DNA from: Octopus sinensis
Lineage: Eukaryota
Direction: 5' to 3'
Assembly: GCF_006345805.1 (NCBI RefSeq)
Contig: NC_043009.1
Coordinates: 38,812,001-38,876,000, forward strand
DNA: 64,000 nucleotides
Below are positions 12,981 to 24,234 of the stretch, in pieces. The stretch's first letter is position 1. Every line of letters starts with the position of its first letter. Under the pieces are notes generated by a model. It saw nothing but the letters and a program-made list of their open reading frames with translations. It was not told where the DNA came from and did no database searches. Made by a program: the position numbers and the translations under genes.

Positions 12981-13460
12981 TAGAGACACAACACTTTCCC
13001 GAACACATGAGCTGTCCCAAGTATTGCTGCCAACTGAATACTTCCTATGAAATTTGTTAATTGCAGCCTTTGATGCCAGAAGATTGCTCTTTTTGAGATA
13101 GCCCCATGAGCACCGATCATAATCTGTACCACAGCCACGTTTGAGGCTCTACGGATTCTTTTCACTTCCAATTCTAAGTCTTGGTATTTCCCAACTTTCT
13201 AGTCTTCTGTATTTACAAAATTTTAACCTGCAGGTATTGCTCTGTCAATGCAGGTCCATTCTTTGGCTTTGTTCTGTAGGAGAGTATTATCTGGTCGCTT
13301 ATGGTACAACATTTTTCTGTATATATTGAGTCTCGCTTGATCATTCTCTGCTACTGGCAAAGGTTGGTCTCATACCTCTTGTTGGGACATTCTAGCCCAT
13401 ACTTCTTGCATAACTCCCAGTGTATTCACACAGCTAATTTATCATGGCGTTTTACTTACT
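12980..13460 (-). pseudogene. R4/Dong-clade LINE C-terminal fragment (restriction-like endonuclease)
   Basis: The minus strand reads KRHDKLAV*IHWELCKKYGLEC...KRPD...CIDRAIP...KVGKYQDLELEVKRI...IMIGAHGAIS...AILGTAHVFGKVLCL*. This is the RHD..HW / PD..D..K..KY signature of R4-type RLE domains. Confidence 0.85.
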
Positions 13461-13584
13461 CCTTTTAAGTTAGCTTTGAGCTACCACTGATTATATGCCT
13501 AAACGTCTCAGGTGATTTTCCATATCCTAACCTTAGAAACCAATACAAATGAATGGATTTCGGTTAGAATTTCTGACTTGGTGT

Positions 13585-13845
13585 GTTCAGCTGTACAATT
13601 GACTAAACTACGTGGCATGTAGAATTAGCATATAAGTGGCTGAGTATTCCCCAGGCCCGTGTAACCTTCATATAATTCTGAAACAGAGAGTAGTGTGATA
13701 AGGCTGGACCTATTGATTACAGATTACAGATTACAGTTGTCTCGAGGGTATCGGTAATTGCGCTTGCTCAGGGTACCACGTAACGGTACTGAAACAGGGA
13801 CCTCATGATTACAAAGTAAACGCCTATAACATTTAGCCATACTAA
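13585..13845 (-). mobile_element. SINE family B (tail X), very degenerate
   Basis: AAGTGGCTGAGTATTCC...TGATAAGGCTGGACC...GCTTGCTCAGGGTACCAC is colinear with 14684-14975. Confidence 0.5.
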
Positions 13846-14118
13846 TTAATAATAGAAATGTGATTTAGCAGTAACCACATGTTAAATGATTAAATTAGTC
13901 TAATTGATACAAAAACATTCTTCCACTTAATTTACTTCAAATAAGGTTTCTGTATATCCAGAGCCTAAATGGATCCAAGCAGATTCAATTTGCTGTTTCA
14001 TTAAACGGATCTAAATAGCTCCATAATGTATAAGTATTCATGTATTTGTTCATCATTCGCTTTTAAACCACGCAGACCACGCAATTACTTTTAGATACAG
14101 GAAAATTTTATTTGTTTA

Positions 14119-14519
14119 ACTAGCAGTATCACCCGGCGTTGCTCGGGTTTGTAAGGGAAATAACTATATAAGCATTTTTAGAGAGTTATAGCCAAAAAAT
14201 AGCAAAAAAATGCATTAAAAATGGAAAAAAAAAATGATGGTAAATTTTTTAAAAATCGTTGACTCATCGTAGACATTTTTAGAGAGTTACTTCCCTTATA
14301 TAATAGCGAAAAAATGCATTAAAATGGAAAAAAAATGATGGTAAATTTTTTTTTAATCGTAGACTCATCGTAGACGCGCGCTAATACCCAGAAAGGCTCG
14401 ATATGAATCACGACTATAAGATACCCGGTTTTGGTTAAACTGCACCGCAAAATGTGGGAGTAGTTAGGAATCTAAATCGTAGGAGACAGACACACAACTT
14501 GACTTTTATATATAAAGAT
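14119..14519 (+). mobile_element. Non-autonomous Helitron/Helentron-like element with a ~100 bp internal tandem duplication
   Basis: 5' ACTAGCAGTATCACCCGGCGTTGCTCGGGTTTG (hairpin CCCG...CGGG) and 3' CACACAACTTGACTTTTATATATAAAGAT are shared with 18590-18986. 14173-14274 is duplicated at 14275-14374. Superfamily assignment is inferred from resemblance to Lep1/HINE-type termini. Confidence 0.65.
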
Positions 14520-14520
14520 A

Positions 14521-15290
14521 TGCACAGGCGTGACTGTGTGATAAGGAACTTACTTCTCAGCCACAAAATTCCGGTTTCAGTCTCACTGTGTGGCACCTTG
14601 GGCAAGTGAGTGTCTTCTGGTATAGTCTCAGGCTGACCAAAGCCTTGTGAGTGGATTTGGTATTTGGAAACTGAAAGAAGCCCAGCTGATACGATCAACG
14701 GAACAGCTTGCTCGTGAAATTAACGTGCAAGTGGCTGAGCATTCCACAGACACAAGTACCCTAAATGTAGTTCTCGGGGAGATTCAGTGTGACACAGAGA
14801 GTGACAAGGCTGGCCCTTTGAAATACAGGCACTACACATTTTTGCCAGTTGAGTGGATTGGAGCAACGTGAAATAAAGTGTCTTGCTCAAGGACACAACC
14901 CGTCGCCGGAAATCGAACTCACGACCGTACGATCATGAGCCGAATGCCCCTAACCACTAAGTCACGTGCCTTCACGCGCATATATATATATATATATATA
15001 TTCATGCGCACATATATATACACACACACATACATATGTGTGTGTGTGTGCGTGCGTGTGTATGTGTGCGTGTGTTCGTCTCTGTGGTTGTCCCCTACCA
15101 CTGGTTGACAACCTGTGTTGATGTGTTTACATCCCGTAACTTAGCAATTTGACAAAAGTGACCGATAGTATAAGTACCAGACTGAACAAAAAGAGCTAAG
15201 TACTGGGGTAGATTCGTTCGACTAAATATACTTCAGGCCGGTGCCATAGCATGGCCGCAGTCTAATGATCGAGACATGTAAAAGATAAAA
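14521..15290 (+). mobile_element. SINE family A interrupted by an antisense family B SINE
   Basis: Head at 14521-14683 (to GAAAGAAGCCC). The microsatellite and 3' half resume at ~14976 and end GCATGGCCGCAGTCTAATGATCGAGACATGTAAAAGA. Confidence 0.85.
14684..14975 (-). mobile_element. SINE family B (CORE-like body B2 + tail X), nested
   Basis: Reverse complement: GTGAAGGCACGTGACTTAGTGGTTAGGG...TTGTGTCCTTGAGCAAGACACTTTATTTCACGTTGCTCC..., then tail X as at 1858-1990. Confidence 0.88.
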
Positions 15291-15342
15291 AAATGCACGT
15301 ACGTGTTCAATTTATTCTAAGTGTATGTTCTCTATTGGTAGA

Positions 15343-15544
15343 CACAGAAGTGGGTGCTGAAAAGTTCCGGGCTCTAAGGGTGTCGCAAAGGGCTTGGCTG
15401 GAGACCCAACATTACAAAAAACAAAGGACCACTGCAATAAGCATATGAATCTGAGGAGGGAATATGTTGAATAAAATCATAATTAACTGATCCTCCTGTA
15501 TTTTTTTATACCAAAACCCAGGAAATTTTCAGTACTTCCTTGTA
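15343..15544 (+). mobile_element. Mariner-derived MITE (~200 bp)
   Basis: TIRs GTGCTGAAAAGTTCCGGG and reverse-complement GTACTGAAAATTTCCTGGG. It retains the transposase end ...NLRREYVE*. The TIR core is shared with 9199-10436. Confidence 0.75.
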
Positions 15545-18500
15545 TTTTAGAAGTTAAAACACTACGAGACACAACTAAACTGCGACTACACACAGAGATT
15601 CAAATAATCACAACTAAACGCCATGTCGAATACAAATGAACATCCATTAAATACATGACATGTTTTTATGACTAAACACAACATAAGGCACACATAATTA
15701 CAAGCTAAACACTATAATAGCGATAGAAGCCATCTTGTTTAAACGCCTACATGAAACACGCACACTCATATACACGCTTGTACGAACAACGCACAAGGAT
15801 ACACGTATATACACACGTAAAGAAAAAATGATTCTTCCATAGCTATAAACACAGACATAATTTTCCTAAGCTAAATATCACCATATACATTCATACACAC
15901 ACACAGTCGCGCGCATACGCACACACATTTGCATAAATTAATCCCAAATAAGCACAACGATAGACACACCACAGTTCGCATTGCTCTCTGTATTACTGTA
16001 TGATAATCACGTGAACATAAGAGTTCGTTTACCTTATAAACATGGCAGCACTAGCTTCTATTTTAATGCTGTAAGTAATAAGTAATAATATGTTAGATAC
16101 AACTTTTCTTTTAAATAACTGTATAAGCAATCTCTCTCTTCCTCCAAAATCTCTATTCATTGCTTGCTTGCAAGATGCGTTATCAATAGTATTATCAACT
16201 TCTATTTCTTTGAATCTCCATTCGCTGATTCCCACTGAAGATATTATCAGTACACAAGAGAATATAAGGTACCCTACGGTCATAAACACTATTTATAAAA
16301 ACAGAGTCATGCCGATTCAAGTTCAAAGAAAATTCCCTGTCTTTTGTAAAACGCAAAATTAAAATGTTGAATCCAAATTTTAATAGGCAGGACCGTATTT
16401 TTCCCCATAGCAACAATGTGCCAATGACAAACCTAATGTAGTTTTTATATGGGAAGGACACTTTCTTTACACACTAGATTAGGAGAAATTGGATTATTAT
16501 TATTATTGTTATTATTTTTTATTGTTTAATTTTTAAACACTAGCTCAATCGCCCTTCAACATCAAATCAAATCAAACTGCCATATAGCCAAGCAACCACT
16601 CAGTTTTAAATCACGTGTTTTTAATTCATTTTTAATGTATGGAATCGTCTGTAAGAATTACACATCTGAAGGTCTTTTAATGCTTCCATAGTTATTTTTA
16701 ATGGCTCATTCTATAGAACTGTGCTGCTAACGTGTGAGTCGTAGTAGCTAAAGCTAATGGTTATTTCTGGTACTTTATATTTGCGATATAAGGCTGTGAC
16801 ACATGGCATCCCTTATATGACGCTAATTACCTCCTTCCCACCCACCCACCCACCCCAAAAGGAAACGAAAGCAACAAACAATATTGAAATCTAACGATGT
16901 CAACTCTGCCATATTTCTGTTTGGAATTTGTTGCAAGAAGTCGATAATTACAAAATATTTTCAATAGTCGCACATACTTAAAACACTTTTTTCTATCGAC
17001 TACTTATATATTTACTAGTCACAGAATATAAATTAAACCAGGATTACTGGATCTTATTTTACTCCCTATTATTATTTGTCGATATTGTTCTTTAGTTCAA
17101 GATGGGCCATTTGTCCGTAAACTTTTAATGAAAGTAATTCCAGTCGTGATCACCCCACTGATTATTCAGCTTTAGTACATCTAGCTCTATGCTAGTCAAC
17201 AAGTTTTTCTTGAAGTAATGTAAAAAATTGACCCTTGTTTCTAAGGAGAGCTTCCCAGTTGCATCAGAGTATCGTTTTGGGGCACATAATCAGTTATTGA
17301 AGAGGTGTAATATAGTCAGGTACGTCTAATCCTGTACATTTCTAGTACTTAGTCTATCAAATCTTGGGGAGGAACGAAAAGCAAAGTCCACCATAATGTA
17401 ATTAGAAGTGAAAATGAAAGAAGAAGAAAGTATGTACAGTAAGTCTTTGAGTAAGACATTCAATATTCTGGCTAATTCCTGGTCCATGTTGCTAAGTATA
17501 TAATATTGATTTCTTTGGCTCAGACGTAAAGCTTCATATTTTTCTGATGGAGGAAAATATTCAGTGGCAGTCGTGTCGATCTTAAGTGTATTTGTAATGG
17601 AAGCAACATTAAATTACTTTAATGAGAAAACAGGGACCAAGTGGCAGCCATTTTTGCCAGCAGATAACTCCATTCTTCAGAAATCACAAATAATAGTATA
17701 AAAGAATTTTTTTTGACGTTCTAGAAATTTATGTATTTAGATGGAAGAAAACACGAATCATAAAATTAGCTACATATCTTCAGCGAAAAGTCTTAAACTG
17801 AGAGTAAGAACTGTATATTAATCACCGCTTCGCCGGAAGTTTATCTCATTCTCTATGGAAGTCTTAAACACTAAACAAAATATTCTTTCTTTTTTTAAAC
17901 CAAGGCGCGACTCTAATGTTTGAAGAAAAAGCGATATAATCAGCAATATATACCACAGTTTAATATGAAATATTTATACATACATCCATAATTGACTTAG
18001 TTTTTAACTTAAAACATTGAAAGCGTGAATTGAATACAGGAAAACACGAAATTTGACATTATATCATTACTGTAAAGCTTTACCTTTACTGAAGTAGGAG
18101 GTTGTGATGTTCATCCTTATATCAAATGCATCGGGGGGAATGTTATTTAAAATGGTTTTAATACGGGGCTGAAACTACTCAAAGGTTTTGGCTGCGCGCC
18201 ATAAAATAATATTAAAATATTGACTAACGTTTTATTTCTGAAAGTTCACCGTTATATAATTGCAACAATGGTATGTTTTCCGATGAGGGTTATCGGAGGC
18301 ATGATTATTGCTAAGTGAAAACTATAAATATAATTTTATGAAGTTTCAAAACATTTCAGTAACGACTTCTGTCTGATATAAACCGAATAACAAGAGATTT
18401 ACTCGATGTGTTTATGATACTGAAACAAATAAAACCATAAGCGCAATTCATATATCTTAGTTCTATATCTTTCTAGATTTTCTTGCTTTTTGACTTTCAT

Positions 18501-18589
18501 AAAATTGTCTCCGTCTTTTTGAGTTGATGACATCTTGTTATTATCTCCCTTTACAGCTTTTATGCGGCTATTCTTTCCAATATAGAATC

Positions 18590-18986
18590 ACTAGCAGTAT
18601 CGCCCGGCGTTGCTAGGGTTTGTTTCGACCCTTTAGAATTGGAATTTTTGAAAAGTAAAAGTTTTGCATTATGTTGCTTGTTATTCTCTTTAAGTGAACA
18701 TTTTTCTGGTTGAAATACACCGAAAAATGGCGTCATAGCAGAGAAAAAATCGTAAAAAATAGGGATTTTCATAGAAAGAAAGCACCTTTTTTTATGTAAA
18801 TAAATTTTGGTGTTAACATGGTCCGATTTGAATTTTTTCTTCTACGGAAGCAAGAGCAAGCCTTCTTCTATCATACCATTAATTTTGGTCAACTAGCGCC
18901 GCAGGGTCTCAGAGGAGATAGTGTTAGTTGAAAGCTACCAAACCTGCCACACACACACAAACCTTCAGCTTTATATATATATAGAT
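18590..18986 (+). mobile_element. Second Helitron/Helentron-like element
   Basis: 5' ACTAGCAGTATCGCCCGGCGTTGCTAGGGTTTG and 3' CACACAAACCTTCAGCTTTATATATATATAGAT, shared with 14119-14519; the interior is largely different. Confidence 0.65.
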
Positions 18987-19619
18987 TTGCAGTATATTTT
19001 ACTTAACGTTTTACTTTTTACTTGTTTCAGCCACTGGACTGCGGTCAAGCTGGGGCATCGCTTTGAAAAAGTGAAACAGTTTACAATTGTTTATTCTCTT
19101 ATGTCACAGGAGGCGCCTTCTTACCAAAGACAAGCAAAATGATCATGGAATTGAATTCAAGCACGGGCGAAGGAGAGAGAGGGCTTGTGATTATGACTTT
19201 CTCAATCTGCAATAAATAGTAATGTATCTCAAATTGCTCCTTATCATCTTGGTGGTCCTTTGTTCTTTGTACGTATATAAAAGCGAGGATGGTCACAACT
19301 GGAATACAGGTGGGTATAAGTCAAGTCTGCTTCATCAGGACTGAAATGGAACTAAACAACAACAACAACAACAGCGGTACCACTAGTAACGGCAACGCCA
19401 CCGGCATCACCACCAGCAACATCATCAACAGCAACAACAACAATAATAATAATAATAACAACAACGACAACAACAACGAACATAATTTTAAATGGTGTTC
19501 TCATAGAGTGACGCGTCTCAACATATCTAACATGCATATTTTAATTGCAAGACGAGTAGATTTGATATTCCGTGTGATTAGGTTATTGTTTAACTCACCG
19601 ATACATTCACGGGTCTCTC

Positions 19620-19711
19620 TATATAAATACATACACGCATAAATACATACAAACAAACATACATACATACATACATTCATACATACATTCATACATACAT
19701 ACATACAAACA

Positions 19712-19784
<73 letters not shown>

Positions 19785-20075
19785 ATATATATGTGTGTGT
19801 GTGGATTTGTGTGTGTATGCGTGTATGTGAGTATGTGTGTGTATGTGTATATATATTTTTCTGTGTGTATATGTATGTGTGGTCGTGTGTGTATATATAC
19901 ATGTGTGTATACGTGTATGCATGTGAGTGTGTGTATGTATACATACATGTGTATGTGTAGATATGTATATGTATGTGTAAGTGTATATATATGTATATAT
20001 ATGTGTGTGTATGTATGTGTGTATGTATATGTATATAGGTTTGTATGCGTGTGTATATATGTATACATATGTGCA
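19620..20075. repeat. Compound ATAC/TA/TG microsatellite
   Basis: Directly visible. Confidence 0.95.
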
Positions 20076-20315
20076 TAGGTATAAGTGAGAATCTCCTTAT
20101 TTACCTAAAACTCTATTCCCCTTTTTTTATATATATATTTTTTTATTTTTTTATTTTTTTATTTTTTTATTTATTCTTCTATCTAATTTAACACTGACTC
20201 CTTGACCACTCCCCCAAGTATGATATTTTGCGCTATGCCTACCCCAAAAAGTCCCCCACCAACACCCCTTTAAACCTGCCTAAATGTATAAATGCCAATA
20301 CAATTCTTGTTAACT

Positions 20316-20366
20316 AGCTTCCTGAAGATTTCTCTTGAATGAAACAGTTCTAGTCCTGTAGAAGCT
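20316..20366 (+). ncRNA. Type I hammerhead ribozyme motif
   Basis: Helix I AGCTTC/GAAGCT; core CTGAAGA; helix II TTC-TCTT-GAA with a T.T pair in place of the usual G-C; GAAA; helix III ACAG/CTGT with an 8-nt loop; GUA cleavage triplet ending at 20360. Confidence 0.72.
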
Positions 20367-20458
20367 CCTTCTATATAATAATTAATTTTACTCTGCTATG
20401 TATTGAGTACCTTATTTACTGTGGTTAACCCCGAATCAACCCGGGACCTACATATATT

Positions 20459-20459
<1 letters not shown>

Positions 20460-20504
<45 letters not shown>

Positions 20505-20582
20505 CACATATATATATATATGTATGTATATATACATACATACATACATTCTTACATACATTCATACAAACATACAAACATA

Positions 20583-20618
<36 letters not shown>

Positions 20619-20737
20619 CATATACATATACATATATATCTATATCTCCATATATATACATACATATATACATATACATATATATCTATATACATATATA
20701 TCTATATCTCCATTTATATACATACACATATACATAT

Positions 20738-20785
<48 letters not shown>
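20460..20785. repeat. (TA)n/(TACA)n/(TATC)n microsatellite
   Basis: Directly visible. Confidence 0.95.
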
Positions 20786-20786
<1 letters not shown>

Positions 20787-21716
20787 CATGTATTTATATA
20801 TGCATTCACACACACACAAGTGTATGTGTGTTTGTGTGCGAAAACGTATATATATATATCTTCTCTTGTTGATTTGGCATAACTACATGGAAGAATCTAT
20901 AGCTGCTAGTTGGCTGTGAATCATTAGATACGTATTGTGAAGACAACATCGACTACAGAGGAATTAAGCAGAACCTGGGAAATTTTTCAAAAAATAATGA
21001 GGCAATCACTATACCCTTTAATTACCTGTTTATTAATCCATCTGCTGATTTCCTTCCGGATAACATCCTGCTGTTCTTGTTTTACCGCCTTGACATCCAA
21101 CTATGACAGTAATTACAAATAATTGGTTGTATTACCTTAATCAGCAAAACTGCACGATTCATTTTGTTAGTTATCGATTGCCTCTTCTCTAAAACCATAA
21201 TGATACATAGCAACAGATATTGCTGCCAAGAACAACTCGATTCTAAACATCGCACACAAACAAGCGCGCGTAGTATTTTCACTTGCTTAAGAAATATAGC
21301 TGTATCTTATTTAAATGACATAGGCCTATTTACTTCTTAAATACTGCACCTCAGATTACACAAACACAAACACACACCTACACATACTCACGCACCTACG
21401 CATGTGCATACATACGCATGCCCACAAACTAATAAAAAAACAAAAACATTTGTTTATTCTAATAAACATATGTGCATATGTAATGCCTGCGAATGTTAAA
21501 ATAATTAATCAAATAGCTATTGAAGAGTTTACTGGAGAATATTTGCGTATATAATTTATAATTACATCGGGATATACATGTAAAATGAGCAAACTCGTTT
21601 ATGATATTGTTTACAAGTATTATGTAGTTATATGTACATACATACATGCATACATACATACATACATTCCTGCAATACAGACACGCATATTTCATAGACA
21701 CTGATATACATGCGTG

Positions 21717-21965
21717 TGGAGGCGCGTGGTTTAGTAGTTAGGGTTTTGAACTCATGATCAAAAGGTTGTGGTTTCGACTCCTGGACCGGGCGATGCACTG
21801 TGTTCGTGAGCAAAACACTTCATTTTTCACGTTGCTCCAGTCCACTCAGCTGGCAAAAATGAGTAACACTGCGATGGACCGTCGTCCCGTCCAGGCGGGG
21901 AATTTCTACGCCACTGAAACCGGGAAACCGGCCCTTATGAGCCTGAAATGGCTCGAGAAGGAACA
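21717..21965 (+). mobile_element. SINE family B (CORE-like body B2 + tail Y)
   Basis: TGGAGGCGCGTGGTTTAGTAGTTAGGG head; CACGTTGCTCCAGTCCACTCAGCTGGC body; GCGATGGACCGTCGTCCCGTCCAGG...GAAACCGGGAAACCGGCCCTTATGAGCC tail. Confidence 0.9.
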
Positions 21966-22012
21966 TTTTATCTTTTATTTAATATACATGCATATATACA
22001 TACACATATATA

Positions 22013-22180
22013 TTTCTTTACTACCCACAATGGGCTAAACACAGAGGGGACAAACAAGAACAGACAGACGGATTAAGTCGATTACATCCGGCGGAATTTG
22101 AACTCAGAACGTAGCGGCAGACGAAATACGGCTACGCATTTCGCCCGGCGTGCTAACGTTTCTGCCAGCTCGCCGCCTTA
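22013..22180 (-). mobile_element. SINE family C with internal deletion
   Basis: Reverse complement begins AAGGCGGCGAGCTGGCAGAAACGTTAGCACGCCGGGCGAAATG. About 65 bp of the core seen at 40085-40155 is missing. Confidence 0.9.
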
Positions 22181-22380
22181 TATACATACACATATTAACA
22201 TGCACATGTAAAAATATGAATACAAACACACATACATATATGCATACAAGAAGTGCATGCTGTATTTACAGCTGGTGGGTTAGACCTGAAAGTGTTTCGA
22301 TTGTATTTGTCGCTGAGTGGGTGGTTATTCATGGTATGCGTGTGAGCGTGTGTGTATATGTATTTTTTAAATTCTTTTTC

Positions 22381-22807
22381 TTTTATTCTTTTACTCGTTT
22401 CAGTCATCTGACTGCGGCCATGCTGGAGCACCGCCTTTAGTCGAGTAAATCGACCGCAGGACTTATTCTTTCTAAGCTTAGTACTTATTCTATTGGTCGC
22501 GTTTGCCGAACCGCTAAGTTACGGGGACGTCAACACACCAGCATCGGTTGTCAAGCGATGTTGGGGTGGGGTGGGGTGGACAAACACAGACACACAAACA
22601 TATACACACACGTACATATATATATATATATATACATATATACGAGGGGTTTCTTTCAGTTTCCGTCTACCAAATCCACTCACAAGGCTTTTGGTCGGCT
22701 CGAAGCTGTAGTGGAAGACACTTGCCCAAGGTGCCACGCAGTGGGACTGAACCCGGAACCATGTGGTTGGTAAACAATCTATTTACCACACATTCACTCC
22801 TACGCAT
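22381..22807 (-). mobile_element. SINE family A, full-length
   Basis: Colinear with 61997-62430 and with the reverse complement of 29137-29560. Confidence 0.93.
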
Positions 22808-23639
22808 ATATGGGAGTTTTTTTATCTTATTATTCTTTTCTTCTTCTCTGGTAATGTATTCGTATATACACAGTAGTTTGAGCCGTTTAGAAGGGAATGT
22901 GTATCAGTTTGGAAGTTTGATGGAACAACAGATATTTCTAATTTCATCATATAAGTTTAGAGCAAGACAAATATAGGATATATCTCAGAATGGTGAAAAC
23001 CCATATTATAATCAAATATAAAGCAAAACTGTTTCCAAAAGTGATATTTGCAAAAAAAGGCACACACAGACGCGCGCGCGCGAGTGTGAATATCCATATG
23101 CATACATTACGACAAAATATAAACCAAATAAATAGCAAAATATACAAACTTCTCAGGAATCATAGCCACTCATAATCGCTCATACAATACGAACACCGCT
23201 AAGCCACACGATATCTCAAGCCTTCATAACTACGAGAAATCCCAGGCTTGTATGAAACCGTTGGTTATGAAGTTTATCTCTGTCGCTACTGCTTATAATA
23301 CGCATATGCTCTTGTGCTGTTTGGCACTTCCTATCAGTTACTGCAAATCACTCTAATGGGTAACTTTAAGCGTTGGACCAGCGTTCCTTTCAAGGTTCAT
23401 GTTAACCTGCCAGCCTAGCTAGTGGGGTGGTATCAATCAAAAGCTAAAACAATGCAAAGAAACGCATTGTGAACAGCGGTGTATAACAGCATCCAATAGT
23501 CAATTATTCGATACAGTTATGCAGTGACACACACTCACACATTTGCATATATATATATAATCAAAATAAGCAACAAGAACGACTCCGGTAATTTGGTACG
23601 ATCGTTTCGTACTACATCATTTTATTAAATATTGTAAGT

Positions 23640-23680
23640 ATTGCAACAGTTTCAAAATGCTGAGCACTCATCAGCCAATT
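23640..23680 (-). ncRNA. Decayed type I hammerhead-like motif
   Basis: Minus strand: AATTGG CTGATGA GTGCTCAGCATTTT GAAAC T GTT GCAAT. The core is intact; helix I is ATTG/CAAT with a G.G first pair; helices II and III are imperfect. Confidence 0.4.
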
Positions 23681-23777
23681 ATAGAGGTTTTCGATTAATA
23701 CAAACATTTTCATATCAAGTGGCAACATTATAGAGAAGGTAGATACATAGACAAAGATGTTGATTTAAATTTTAATG

Positions 23778-23824
<47 letters not shown>

Positions 23825-24234
23825 ATGTATGTATGTATGTATGTATGTATGTGTGTATAAGAGCGCTGCAGTTCGTGTGAAGTGTTGTAATATCGAAGAA
23901 GGTAAAAAAAGAGAAACTAGAAAGCTTCTGATAATGCGGAGAGTTTTTAAAAACATATATATTTCAGGCGCAGAGACCCATTCTCAGAAGATAAACAGTC
24001 TGACCGACGTTTAGAGAGTGACTGCTGCTGCTACATAATACTAGATGATTTGAATGGGTTAAATGAACGACAACATAACTGGACATTTCCCAAACTATTT
24101 TTCTTCTAAAGATGGGCTTTTGCCTCTAAAATATACAGGTTTTATAAAACTTACCGCATTGTTATGTTTCTATTTTCTCTTTTTTTTTATCTTCTCCGAT
24201 GCATACATACATACACACACACACACAGACACAC

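Noticed and set aside
16029-16461. Minus-strand ORF starting with a signal-peptide-like MTVGYLIFSCVLIISSVG and containing KRK
   Set aside because: The overlapping frame (NYIRFVIGTLLLWGKIRSCLLK...IFSGNQRMEIQRNRS) loosely resembles a decayed LINE RT start. Neither reading is strong enough to call.
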